From: Hydrolagus colliei
Taxonomy: Eukaryota
Direction of reading: 5' to 3'
Assembly: GCA_035084275.1 (NCBI GenBank)
Contig: CM068756.1
Span: 9,052,001 to 9,116,000 of the forward strand
DNA: 64,000 nucleotides
Part shown: one piece after another, positions 13,401 through 26,800 of the stretch
How positions within the stretch are numbered: the first letter of the stretch is position 1
Layout of the letters: the number at the start of each line of letters is the position of its first letter
Position numbers and translations under genes: made by a program
Notes under the pieces: generated by a model
Databases searched by the model: none
What the model saw: the letters and a program-made list of their open reading frames with translations, nothing else
Told to the model about the DNA's origin: nothing

Positions 13401-14534
13401 TTAATTCATTCCCAATAATCTGACCAAAGTACTACTTACGCTGCTAAAAGTAAAACTAAGTTTGTTGCACTCTTTGACATTCTTTTTATCATTCACAGCT
13501 CGTGGAATACTGTTCTAAATGTACTGTAATGGAATGGGACTGTGGTTTTAACGCGAGTTTTCACAAGCAGTTTACAGAAACAATAATGCCATGATACAAC
13601 TCTGTAACCAGGAGTTCCTATTCTGTTGTATGAAATTGTATATCTTTGTTTTGTCTCCTCTGTTCTTATCCCACCGTACAATGTTAGGTTGTTAGGTAAC
13701 CCAAGCCTAAGTACCCTAAAGCTACTGATATAGCTTGTATCTAGGTGTTTCTAGGTGTTTCTAGACATGATTCATATAATTAACAAACCTGCTTGACCTC
13801 CGTATTGTTGCCTATGGGTCAGGTGGGAACAGAGTAAGTTTCAGATGACCTTATCATGTGACTAGAGTCAAAGATCAGGTGCCACTTACTGTTCAGCTGT
13901 CATTCTGCCCCATTTATCACCTTAGTCATATTGCTGACAGTGAGACAAATGGGCCTTGGTATAAGATGTTTTCAGTGTATTACCTGCTAGCCTAAAACCT
14001 TAATTGCTGGTCATAAATTTTCATGTGTTAAATGGTGCCATAGACCAGACAAGTGCCTTTAGCCAAGAAGACTTTAAAAGTCTGTGCTACCTAATTTGTT
14101 TCTCATAAACAGTTTGATGGACACCCAGACAGGTCAGCTAAGCAGTGAGGTTGTTGCGTAGTATTTTGTAGTTTGGTATTGAAGGCACGGTAATTTATGG
14201 ATTCACAATATCACTCACTAGCTGATCGTAAGCATGGCATACTTTCCCATTCTTGGGGGAGAAATTGCACCTGGGTCAATCTGTATTTATTCTGCAGTTG
14301 AGAGCTGATTATCTACAATAATCATTGGGACCAGCCATTGGACATCAGGCAACATATAAGTAGGCTACAGTGCTAACTAAAACATTGTTACATCATGCAT
14401 TATTGTTTCTGTTATTCAACAGTATTCCAGCAATTCATTCTGTCTGCCTGTCTGTTCCTTTGCCTTTTTCTGTCTCTAAAGCGATTCTTTCTCTGTTTGG
14501 GCCTCCCTATCTGTCTGCGTGTCTCTCTGCTGCA

Positions 14535-14650
14535 ACTCTGGTTGGCTCAGTGACAATTTCGGATCAGCAGCTGAGCCATACAGACCAGGAAAAACCAAGG
14601 TTCAATCCGCGGCCTTTGCGGAGTTAGCTAATCTCAGCACGGGTATCAAT
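14535..14650 (+). mobile_element. SINE family B head (tRNA-derived, AmnSINE2-like by recall)
   Basis: A-box-like tggctcagtg, then ctgagccatacagaccaggaa, B-box ggttcaatcc, then gagttagctaatctcagc. Related copies occur at 13250-13390(-), 47300-47510(-), 48830-49095(-) and 50986-51195(+). Confidence 0.6.
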
Positions 14651-15834
14651 AATACCGTTGCAGTTTCTCCTTTCAGGGTCCATTGACCAGCTAACATTCC
14701 CTGCCAAGGATCTAGCAGAATGTTTGGTTGGGTTAATAATAATGACATTACATTCAACTGCAAATAAATTAAATGCATCCCCATTATGTCTATCTTCGAA
14801 TTTGTGTACTCACCAAACCTAAATAACAGCAATTACAGGATGTATCAGCAAAATATGATGACAAATAAAAAAAAAAACTTTAGATGTGTACGATACCCTG
14901 CTGGTGTGTCACAATTGAATTTTGAATACATCTTAAACAAATCATTCCAAGAAGGACATTCAGAATTGGATGCCTTTTAAGAGGAAAGACATGCAATTAT
15001 AGTGAGATTTTGCTGCCTCAGCCGGTGTGCTTCAGAGTAGATTGTGACCTTATTTTCATCGCTGAGTTCAGATGGACTACCTGACACAATAAGATAAACA
15101 CAAACACTTTACAGAAATGCAGAAAGGAAGCTATCAATCAAAACGATTAAGACAGTTAGACAAATACTACGAATGAATACTTTGTATTTGTATAGGCTAT
15201 TGTAGTATAGGCTCAAACAATTCATGTCATTTTCTAGCCCTTAGTACCATCAGTATCTTTACTTCAAAACAAAACCCATTGCAAAGTGTTAGGCTTAATT
15301 TGTCTGATATCTGATTTCCGACTTCTGATTTCTCAGTCTTGCTTTTCTGTTTTAACACTGGTGTGTGTCTATTTAATTAACAACGAGGTTCCACAACGCA
15401 CCTTTGGTAGCAGAAGTTGTGAACAGTGTTACTGTGTCACTGTTGACCTCAGCAACACCAGCTGGAATGAGTTGTCGAGCCTGACAATTCAACTCCCTTG
15501 CACCAGATAAAAACTTAACACTGGTAAGATGGATCGCGAAGGGCTTTTTAGAATGTTGAACAATTTCAGTCCGTAACATTTGCAAAGTGACTGGCAAAAG
15601 AAATACTATTCAGAGTTGAAGAGCAATGGTTCATCTGTTTAAAATTGAAGTTGTAAGTTACTTCCCCATAGTACCCCTGGCAAATGGTAGTTTTAAGTAA
15701 AAACACATTGAAGCAGCAATTACAGCACTTAATTGATGTTGGACAGCACAAGTACAATGTGTCACCTCCTTCAAGTCTTACCAAATGTGGAGCTGGTTCA
15801 TCAAGGTCTAAGTCGACAGAATGTCCACTCACTG

Positions 15835-15945
15835 CAGTCTATCATTATTGAGACATCTCAAAGCACTTCACACCATATACTGTAAAGTGAATTCACTGTA
15901 TATTTTGTGTGCGAAACACAGCAGCCAATTGCGCACAGCAATCTC
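15835..15945 (-). mobile_element. SINE family A 3' fragment
   Basis: gagacatctcaaagcacttcacaccatatactgtaaagtgaattcactgtatattttgtg...cagccaattgcgcacagca is the reverse complement of the SINE A body at 61610-61700. Confidence 0.75.
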
Positions 15946-16429
15946 TGCCAGGGAAGAGATGGGGGGGGGGAAACGGAGGGGTCTAACGGCAAAATTTCTC
16001 CACATTTGACCGCTTAAACACTTGCCTTTAATACTTGAGCCTTTAAATTACAACAAGACAAAAATACATTCCCCCCACCCACCACCATTGTTTTCCATTT
16101 TTGAAAAACATTACAGAAATTGACAGAAACAAACAGAAGGCCATTAAAATTAATCATAATTTGTAAATGTTTGATTTTGTAAAGTGGTGGTGAGGGCAAG
16201 GCTCCCTCTTTAAGTGATGAGTGTGTGCAGATGAGAGTACGTGTTTTTCAGCAGTAATTGGATGCATGTGTAGTGTCTTGTCAAATTGAGGGCAGATGTA
16301 GAAGATCCACGTAGAGCCCATCGCTGTCATTCAATATCTCCCAGGTGTTTTGTAATTCTATTCCCTGTTTTGGGCTTTTCCTAGTAACTTTGTTCCTGAA
16401 CATTGTATTTTTTAAATCCCAGATTGTAC

Positions 16430-17470
16430 ACGTACAGTACAGCTGTCATGGCTGTTAAAGACTTCCACTTTAAGCAACTTACTTGTCAGCTGTAAATATT
16501 CAAATGTGTTTGCTGCATTTCAAGTGTCAGCGAAGCCTTGCACAGTCACTCCAGTGCAACTATGGACCCTTAAGCTTGAATGGAAGTATGGTCATGATTT
16601 ATACTGTTTATGTGTTGCACTTCGCCATTTTAAAGAGGAAAGCAATCTGTCACACTAGCTGCCATCTAAAGACTGGCTGAGCTGCCAACTCTCTGTCCTT
16701 TATGTTTAACTGTGCTGGAGATTGCACTCGTCTTAATAAGAAATGGCATCGCGCAGTATCTAAACAGAGCTATAGCTTCTCTTGTACTGATGGTCTTTCA
16801 ATCCTCTGTGACTTCTCACTTGTACCATATCAGTATGCCTTCAATCCTGCATTCCTTGCTCGACTGCCAAGGATGCCTATCAGACATTTTGCTGCCAGTG
16901 TTCCTGGGTGTTTGACTGGCACTTATTTTAGTACTCTATTACATTTATGATGGGTTATCTATTCATGGAGAATTGGATCGTAAACAATAACTGCCATTTA
17001 ATTGCTACAGCAGAGTGTCGGGAGCTGTTCAGACAAATACTGTGCATCTCTTTGCCTATTTATTAGAACTGTTCTCAAATTTCATTCATTTCTAGCTTCA
17101 CATTTGAGGTGAGCACCACACACAGGATGTTACAGCATCCAGGCCGGCTGTTTTGCTCGCATAGTCTGTAAAATGACTTTGTGGAGATGAAATGAGTCAT
17201 GGCGAGAAAGGATATAACTGATTGGCAAAAACACTTCATTAAATCAATTTTTGTTGTGTAGTTCTGAATTTGTAATAGTGTTGAACTGCAGGCCAACTGT
17301 AAAGCATAGTGCAGCCTTAAAACCACATGACAGGCATTGCTATGAGAAACTATTGATCTAGAAGACCAAGCACAATGTTAAAGTCATTTAGTGTACAGAC
17401 TGATGCTGAGCTGAAAGGCATTTTGTCCCTTGACTTTTGCATTAACCTTCTATTGACTGCTCAGATATAC
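16430..17470. promoter_or_regulatory. Candidate conserved non-coding element cluster
   Basis: TGATTTAT 16595-16602, TGAGTCA 17193-17199, CATTAAATCA 17237-17246, TGACAG 17328-17333 and several TGTCA. No recognisable repeats. Confidence 0.35.
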
Positions 17471-18883
17471 TTAATTAACCCAGATCTTAGCAGAAGTAGT
17501 TAATTGTAGCTTCACAAATAATGTTTCCTAATGTAACTAGCCTTAACATTCTGTCAATAATATATCAACTCTGATTTTATAAAAAAGTTATTTTTTATCC
17601 AGAGACATATAATGTCCTATCTGTTCCATCATTTGTAGTAACTGAGCTGTCCTGCACAGCTTTTGTTTCCTTAATTCTTGTTTTAAATAAATAATGAGAA
17701 CGTTTAAACACATTACTCTTTTCAGGGCCCTGAGGTCAGGTAATCTTATTATTTATGAAGTGATGTGCTACATAATAGTGCTTAGTGCATGTTAACAGAT
17801 GCTATTATCCTGAAATGATGTAGACTGCTGAAGATATATTGGTATATTATATGTTAATACTGTCTTCACTGTGTAATGTACTGCCAGTCTGAATTCTGTA
17901 GATGTTTGTGTAGCAATTAGGTACACACAGCAAATGCTGTTTAGTGGTTTTAAGTTTGCATACAGTATTAAACATGTATCTGTTTATATAGCTGTGCTAA
18001 TAAAAATTTTAGATGGTGAACTATATTTCAAATTACCTGGTTTAAACTGTTCCGTGCAACAGTTCAAAGATTGATTAATTTCATATTTGTGCATTAATTT
18101 CTTTGAAAGGATTGAGTTGTCAAAACTGGTATGGAAAAACACTATTTAAGTTGTTATGTTCAGGGTATTGAAATACATTGACATCTAATCTCTGATGCTG
18201 TTGAAATTACAGCCTGAGTTTTTCACAGTACCACAATCTGTGATTGAAAGAAATATGTCACATCTTTTGCATCCTAATGAGCACGCTTTGAAGATCTGTT
18301 TTGTAACCAGCTTTCATCTTGGGTTATCAATTCATAAAGTACATTTTCGAGTTGTACTGTTTCAGCATTTTGTTTAATAAATGTTACATGTTAACATATA
18401 TCAAGTGTATTTCATGTCAGACAAGTGTCTTAAAATTGAATAAAGATCTTTTTGTCAGATTAAGTAATTTACTGGGAGCCAAAGTAACAGCTATAAGTTA
18501 AAACAGTTTGCCCTCCATCCTAAATGAATCTGATGAGAAAATTACAACATGTATGAGACAATGTAAGCCAGACCTGCTTCAGGGGATTGGGAAACAATAT
18601 GTTCATTGTTTTGCCTGCGATGTGTTTGATTTGCATTAACAGTTGGCAAATATTGTTAATACATACAAAAACATGCTTGGATTTTGTTGCTGTAAAGATG
18701 AATGATTGCTCTCAATGTTACTTTGGATTTGTTCAGTGATTGAAGTACTTTAAACATCAATTTAAAAAAATAAATCTCCCTTTGACTTCGACTCGGTCTC
18801 TTATGTAACCTGTTTTGATCTAGTTATAGCGGTGAAATTGCTTTTACTTTGTACGTTAACATCTCATGTGTTTCCTTTTCTAG

Positions 18884-19043
18884 GTGTCAGTCCAGACTCG
18901 TTAATAATCTACCAATTGATGACCAGCCAGAATGTTGGCCTCATTGGCAAGATGAAGACCCTGATATGCCTCTACCCTATGACCTGCAAGAAACTATCTC
19001 ATGTTTGAGAAATCATTTCATGTCTGCAGGTAAACAGTGGTGA
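18884..19043 (+). CDS. FTO: Terminal coding exon of FTO (alpha-ketoglutarate-dependent dioxygenase / RNA m6A demethylase), C-terminal domain
   Basis: Pyrimidine tract and AG acceptor (tttccttttctag|G at 18883/18884). Translation (R)CQSRLVNNLPIDDQPECWPHWQDEDPDMPLPYDLQETISCLRNHFMSAGKQW* aligns by eye with the recalled human FTO C-terminus [51 protein letters not shown]. The first Arg codon is split by the intron. Stop TGA at 19041-19043. Confidence 0.93.
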
Positions 19044-19379
19044 GCGTTGAGAAGAAAAATAATTTAATTTACTTATTCTTATCTTTCGGCATGCACTACA
19101 GTGCCCTCAGCACATGTGCAAACAAAGAAGGTTAGAGTTTATAGAAAGCTTTTTACCCACCCAACCCCTACCCTCCCCTCCAAAAAAGAAAACATTTTAT
19201 TTGATAAAGAACAGGCAGCTAGGTACTATCCCTTAGTAGGGTTTATAATATCATTGCAATCTACAAATTCTGTAACTCCTGGAAAAACATTTTTATTACA
19301 AAGCAATGTCGGAGACTGATATCTAAAAGGAGCAGATCTTATTTCCTATTAGACTCTACCTACTGGGTGATAGTGTACT

Positions 19380-19570
19380 TAGATGTGGTTGGCTTGGACC
19401 AGCTGTTCCTTCTAGTTTCTTATTGGGTCATAAAGCTGAATAGAGTCAGATTTTCTTGTCTTGAGTTTCAACCGATCAAAATGTTATGGTGTTGAACATG
19501 GGCCATAATCCAGTCAATGGAATGTCCTGGATACCTTGATTCATAAAACAAGCTATGTGATTTCAAAAAT
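19380..19570 (+). mobile_element. Highly degraded CR1-like 3' fragment in the putative FTO 3'UTR; L2 tails follow at 19660-19716 and 19905-19968
   Basis: The CR1 call is a weak resemblance only (gggtcataaagctg). The L2 tails are clear: ttgggacgtcctcctgacatgaaagacgctctataaat...ttgttgtt. Confidence 0.45.
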
Positions 19571-20778
19571 GGTTTGGCCTTGGGGATTTGATGTGCTGCA
19601 ATTACATTTAGAGCTGCAGGATTTGGCATCTGATATCAGGTCTGATTCTTTTTTTAACCCTTGGGATGTCCTCCCGACATGAAAGGAGCTGTGCCATGTA
19701 ATTTTGGTGTTGTTGTTTGCTTATTGATTTTCTTTTGTAAGGCAGTAACAATGTTCTGTCCAACACTTATGAAAATTGGCATCACGAAATGGCACTATCA
19801 TTACATGCAATATAGATGTTATATTTCCAAGGATTACATGTCAATAATAGACCAATTAGCTTTGTTCTTGACCTATATATAAAAATGCATCCTAGCAATA
19901 CACTAGCGCCTTGGGACGTCCTCCTGACATGAAAGACGCTCTATAAATATCATTTTGTTATTGTTGTTAGGTGTATGTGTGTAAATGTTTTGCACACTTT
20001 TTTAAAAGATGCACCTTAATAAAAATATCCTTCCAAGCTAACATTACAAAGACTTCATTTGGAAATTTGTGTGTCTCCTTCCAAGAAGGCAAGTTTGCTA
20101 TAATGGCACATGTTGGAGTAGCAATGTGTGTTCTCATTGAGTTGTGGAATCACTTTATGCTTTCCCCAGCCTTTCACTCCACTGAGTCAATCTCAACAGG
20201 GTACCTAAGAAAGGTGTACAAATTACTTTGCCAAACCTGGTGGCTGGCTGTGATTGAAGATTGCTGAATATTTGCCCTTTTGGCTCTACTGATGTAGAGA
20301 AATATGGATTCATACTCTTACAAAAACAGATTCATTTCCATATTGAATTGTGCAATGTTCATTGAGAGAAATTGCAGGCACCTCCTGTACACACATGAAT
20401 GGGCCATGGAACACCCCATGTGCACTTCCATACAATTTACTTAAAATCTGCCTGATATCCATTTTGATAATCAATCTGTCCGATAAGCTAGAAAGCCATG
20501 TGGCTGGGTGAGGGAGAGGGAAGTTTTAACAGATGGAAACATTTAATTTTGGGGCTGTACGCTGAATGTCTGACATATGCTGAAATCCATTGACGTGTCA
20601 AGAGTTCCACATATGTTTGACACTTACACGTGGAAATGTCCCTGTGTCGAGAGTAGAATGTGCACCCACTCCTAATTCTGGAGTGTATTCAGCAAGAGCC
20701 AAGCCCATACATAGTGCACCTGTTTACACTATGTAAAACACATTGGCATTGGTCTTTTGTGTTTGTTCTGATCAGGAG

Positions 20779-20806
20779 AATAAAAGCCTAGAATAAAGTC
20801 ATTAAA
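20779..20806 (+). terminator. Candidate polyadenylation signal cluster for FTO
   Basis: Three poly(A) hexamers within 28 bp, about 1.75 kb after the FTO stop. Confidence 0.4.
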
Positions 20807-23800
20807 TCAATTCTAACAATATTCAAGAAAACTGAGCTGTAAAATATTTGGAATAGCCCGTCACAAGCAACATATTATTACCAATCTCTTTTCCTTTAAC
20901 TAAAAGGATAAAGGCACAAATATGAAGCCAAACATCTGTCACCAAACTTCAAGCCTGTTAATATGTTTATTTGTCCACCAAGCAAATGAATTGCTTTCAA
21001 GCTTTTTTTTTCCAAAAAAAGGCTTTCTGATTTGGAAAAGCACTGTACTAAATGCACTGATAAATTCTGACCTCTCAATGGTTTCTGCAGTAATGCTATA
21101 AAGGGTTTCTGTGAGGGTTTTTTTAAGGGTTAAGCCCATGTCCTATGTATATCGACGTGATTGTAACATCAGATATACTTTGGAAATGGTTTAAATTATG
21201 CTTAAATGGACATAGTGGTTTTTTAAAATGCTTGCATTCAGGTCTTTGCGTACCTTTACATTTCATCAGTCCAAGATGAATGATATACGTCTATACATTT
21301 GACAAGCTGAATTGATTACAATGGATACAGATCTATTTGCCTGTCTACACTTGTAGTTACAGACAGTATATATCTGTTGTACTACTGCTGTCTTTCTGTG
21401 CCAATTCACAATACAACAGATATCAGATGGATATTGGTGGTTTGAACATAGAAATCTTCCATTTAAAAAAATATATATATTTTATTCTACTTCCCCTATC
21501 ACTTTCTGTTCCCTCCATCTGCCTTTTCCAGGGAAATGGAGAAGGGGTTGTAGGATTGAACTTCTCCCTCAATCATTTGGCCTCCCGTTGTCTGGTTAGA
21601 TGACAAAATATGTGATTTCAGCAGGCAGCGTGCACGCAATCAGATTTTCTCCATCATTCATCACAATTCCAGAACAATTGACAAGTTGCCAAATCATCAG
21701 AAAAAAAAGCGCTGGGTTCCTATCTCTCTAAGAGACCTTGACAAGGATTCCCGTTCTGCACCACATAAGAGCAAGTCCAAGTAAACTGTTTTAGTTGTGT
21801 AGCATCATTGACTTTGTTGTATATTGCACTGTGTATTTTCAGCATTTGGGGTCATTTTATTTTATAATTCATCGTTGAATTTCAGCACACATTCAAATTC
21901 AATGAAAAGTCGACTGACAGGTATGCCCATTGATTTTGGCGCCTTTCCTTCAACCGAGACACTACTTTGTGTAATTTCTGTCAAAGGTTCCAAGAGAGGG
22001 TGACAGATAAGAAACTCTAACTGTGTTTGATCATTGAAACTGTAGTAGCAGAGACTCAGATGTTTCCGAAACCAATAAAAATAATTAATGATCAGACAAC
22101 CTTGAACTTTCCTCTTCTATGGATCTTGCTCCGCAGCTTTATGTTGAAAGATCAAAAGAAGGCCAGACTACCCAGAAGATCTACGTTTGATTCCTAAAAT
22201 CCATCTTCGTAGAAACAATATGGCTTCCACTTAATGCACCAAAAAGCCATAGATGAGGCAAAAGCTGAGGATCACACCATATCCCATCTACTGAATGTTG
22301 ATAAACTAGATAAAGTCACCAGAAATATCCAACACAGTTGATTCCAATGTGAAACCTTTCATCCAGTGGCTGGTCTTTCATTGAACAACTGCAATCTCAC
22401 CATTGCTCTCGGGATTCTGAAAGTTGGTGGTCTCCATTTAGCCTCGACACATCTCTGTCTAGGTGGGAACTGGAAAGCTCTGAGACTTAAGAGCTCCAAA
22501 GTACGAAATGTGACTTATTGCAGAAGTGGTATATGGTACCATCTCTATGTGCCACTATCAACAATGAAATTCGAAAATTGAAAGGTGGCAACAGGTCCAT
22601 TAGTGAAAGTTGCAGTTCACCAAGTAACTGTTCGTAGCGGCTGAAGCCCAGTGAGGCATAGGTAGAGGAATTTTAAGATCACCACATTATGACTATAATT
22701 AAATTAAGCAGGGGCCCACTATCATCCCAGGACACAACATTCCCTTTTTGTATCAATCTCAAAATATAATAACCCTAAATCTTTATAAGAATTTGTTTGG
22801 TTTCATGTTTAAAACTTTTGCGGTTTGGGCAAACCTTTTGACAGTCCCAGAGTTGTATTTGAAATTTACTGAACGACCCTGTATCACTTACAAATTGAAG
22901 TTTTATCTATTTGATGAATCACAAAACTTCCTGCCTATCTAACTTCAATATTTTATCAATCCTTGTAATGCAGCATTATACAGTAATTGGTATAGTTTGC
23001 CTTGATCAAGTTTGTTCGTGGTCAGGAGGGACTTGCATCTCCCCGCAGACTTGTGCTACTGATGTCCACTGTGAGATTTGTTTTGATAGGATTTCAGAAA
23101 CATCCAAGAGGTAAGTGGCAAGTGAAATAAACAGCTAGTTAGGACTTTTACAATTCTGAACACATGCAGCTGGTTTATGAGTGCTGAAAATCCTCTTAAA
23201 GCATGTCCAGCTTACTGAGCTATTGCTTGGCTGAACTTATTGCAAAGACACAAAATCATCCTCCTCGCCAGTGTTTATTGCTTGACCCCAATGGCCAACC
23301 CAAAGCTGCCTGAAATAAACTCCCTTTATCAGTCGATGACTCCATCTTGCATCTTCTATACTTAGGAAAGACAGCTTTGTGTTATGTGTCGGGGTTGAGG
23401 GGATGAGTTGTCAGGTCGAGCGCTCCGATATTATCTACAGATATGACAGGTAATTTGTTCAGGGAGCACTCTGGGATGACAAGCTATAGTGCTGTTGTAA
23501 AACATGGCACCTGAGAGGTGTGCGGGTTTGTGGAAATCAGAGGCAATCTTTGCTCTTTGTTTCCATCTTCTTGTTATGTGGCTTGTGTGTGTATGTATGT
23601 GTGTGAAAATGTTTTCTGTTAGGTTTCAATTTAGACTCCTGGAAACACTGTGCCCTCGGAGCCCTCAGTGTGTCTTGGTTTGACCTAATAAGCCTGTGGT
23701 TCATCACCAGACTCAGTCTGGCTTGAGATTTCCTGTTTATCTTCGGACCCAATAAAAATGACCAGAAGATGCCCAGTTGTGACAGCGTATTAATTTGATT

Positions 23801-26800
23801 ATCTTACAGTTGAATCACATTCTTACCCATCAGTCAACAGATATGTAGGAAAGGCCATCTCTAGATATAAGATAGTTATTTATTTGACATTTGTTTAGCC
23901 GCCATACCATTTTAGTGTTTGCAATATTGTTTTTAAAAAATAATAATTTGTTGAACCATTTTATGGAATGTGTATTTTATTTTGGCTACATTCGTTTTGT
24001 TTTGGGACAGTGAGAGTTTATAAATATTAAGATAAAGATTCATATTTTAAATTGCATAAAAAGGCTGTGTTTCTCTGTGATTCTTACTGTTAAGAACAAA
24101 ATGGGCAACAGTGTGACTGCTAAATGGGGTGTTTGAGGCCATGGGAAACCTATAAGATGCTGATGACTGTCTGATGGTATAAACACATACTTGGGATTAT
24201 GTGGCTGAAGCACTTCTGAGCAAATCCTAAAAATAGGTATGAAAACTGTTATAGCATAGAGTCTAAAGGAACTCTCAATGCTTCTGATTCAATATAAGCA
24301 ACACTGTACCAAGCTGTGTTTAAGAAATAATGACCTTGTTGCAAAAAAGGATCAGATATGAAAACCGAGCTCTAATTGCTTGAGATTCATAAGGTACTTT
24401 AAACATTATTAACGTAACATTGTTAATCTAATGTGGTTTTTGAGGGATGTTGATTTTTGCCAATACAATTTAAAAAATGCTTAACACTCCACTCAACATT
24501 GCATTAGATAACATACTTATTATCTCTGTACATTATTAACCTGTTTATAATTAAGACATGTGATATGTAGGTTGCATTTTGGCTGATGTTTTTAGCCAGC
24601 ATGTGACAATCTTAAATCTAGTCATTTGTGGCATTTTAATTATTTGTTTCGAATGTTGATTTGAATTTTGTTTAAAAGACTGCTGCTTTCAAATTATTTC
24701 ATTAATGAACAGGAATTTTCCTACACCAAACAAAATGGCTCTGTGATTCAAGCTGCAAACCACATGCCATGTTTTAGTTTAAATCTTTTTTTGTAAATTC
24801 TGCAGGGAACACCAGTACAACAGCCACTGACAATGACAACTTTATGCTGTAGGGGATGTAATGATCCTGAATAGACATGTCTATTATCACGCAGCCTTTT
24901 AAAATTAGTGTTTTCTCTCAAGACTACTCCATGAATGGCAAAGTGTCTCAGGAAGAGTTACCAATCCAGAATCTCTAAATGGTGGCATAGCTGGTGTTTA
25001 TAAATTAATCCCATTGCTTACGAATGAGACAGGCATTTAAATACATAATTAGTGCTACAAACTATGGTAATTAACTTATTAAGGAAGATCAGCTAATGGC
25101 TTTCATGGTTGTTTCAGCTGCCCATACTATCAGCCCGTTATTGCTGTTTAAAGTGGACCTAAGAGCATAATACCGTATATCCCTGTTGTGTGTTATTGTG
25201 AACCAGGTCCTGGATGATTTGCCAGTTTAGACACCAGCAGTTTCCTCACCCTTTGTGAATGGATCATTTTACTGTTTTTTTATATAGTATAAAGGTTGAA
25301 CCCATTCCGATACTTAATGCAAAATGCTCCAAACCAGAGAAGGTCACATGCTTAAAGCCGGTGAATATGCCAAGCAATATTACAATAGCAACAGTAAATT
25401 AGGAACGCAATCAAAGGCAATTACCCGTGATGGAAATTGTGTGCCTATTCAAATGCTGAAGTTAATTAAAGATCCCTTTTTCTCCCACAACAAATGAAGA
25501 AGGGGATAACTCAGAATTATGGGCTCTGTCTAAGTTCATTACTGGGTTGAAGTGATATTTCAGAAGGACTATACCAGTGAAATATCATTTGAAATAAAAT
25601 GTTTTATCTTATACGAATTCCCTCACACCTAAGACTGGTAGAGTTTACTGGATTACCGGATATCGGCTGCAAATCAGTAGCCTCTTAAACTGAATGGGTG
25701 CTATTCCCCAGTACTTGGTGCATGTTGCCCTCTGTAGTTTTATTCAAGTTCTATGCCTTCATTACACTTGGAAACTGCAGCAGAGAAGCTAAAATGTACG
25801 ATTCAGACTCCACAGAATAGATTTTAATCAAAAGGAATCCGCGGCAGCGTTTTTTTTTCCATGCTACATCTTTCTGACAATCACACATAATTCAATCATC
25901 CGGATCTCATCTAAAATGGATGAAAGGGTGCTTAATATAGCTGGCCCCTGCACGCACCAAAGTCAGCAAAGGCCACTTGTTTCAACAAGCAAACATGTGA
26001 ACAGAGCTTTCATTCTCATCACTGAAGATAGGCCTGCCATTTTGATTTTACAGCATGATTTAAAATCTTAATCAGCACAGCGAAAAATTAGTGCCGAGGA
26101 GCTTCCAGCGATTGTTTCTGGTTCACGGATAGTCAGTCCACTGAAAGCTGTGGACATTTAGGTGGTGCTAAAAGGAGAGGCGAAAGGGTATTAAAATATT
26201 TTTTTCTTATCACAGCCTCTTAGCATTAAAATGTGACAGATTCATCAAAGGTTCTCTTCACCTTATCTGCCGTTGTCTGAAGGATATCACCACTGTGGAG
26301 ATCTTCAAGTGCGTCTCTGCAGCATGAGTGATATCTTGATTGACACATCTTCAAATAATACTCTGAATAGCTTTCCATATTGGTCTCAAAATAATTCAGA
26401 TGTCAAATTACATCCAGCAGACTTCCAGACTCCACTAGAGATGCTGAATAAATTTTTGAAATATTTAGGAAAAATATTGAATTTTTGCATTGGGTCAGGG
26501 TTCATATATTTACTAATAAAAGAGGTCACTGGGATGTTTGCTGATGAAAGACGTGCAATGATTTTGTTGCATTCAGTCAGCTGAGCAGCCCTCAGCAGAA
26601 CAGACTGGAGTTGTGTTGACCTTTGTGTGTGTTTGTGTGTGTTCATCCTGTCCTGCAGTTTTTATCATCTTCACATTTTGATGCTGCTTGTTGTGTTTGT
26701 GCTTAGCTGTGAACAAGGAAATAATTGAAGCCTTTTCACACCAGGCTTTTAGCTAGTGTTGCCAGTGCTCGTCTTAAATTCAAGCACTTCCCATTTCACG

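Larger units (their letters stand above)
1..18883 (+). other. FTO: 3' part of the last FTO intron
   Basis: Lies upstream of the terminal-exon acceptor. No sequence resembling the penultimate FTO exon (..RQNLRREWHA) was seen in the window. Confidence 0.75.
19044..20830 (+). other. FTO: Probable FTO 3'UTR (end uncertain)
   Basis: Follows the stop codon. AATAAA at 20018-20023, then a cluster of AATAAA 20779-20784, AATAAA 20792-20797 and ATTAAA 20801-20806. Confidence 0.45.

Noticed and set aside
17726-17739. Micro-exon-like unit ttttcag|ggccctgaggtcag|gtaatc in the FTO intron
   Set aside because: At 14 nt it would shift the frame, and it has no FTO similarity or other support.
22100-22600. Possible ancient RTE-like LINE remnant
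   Set aside because: Only vague peptide resemblance (RLIPK, NWKAL); too degraded to call.
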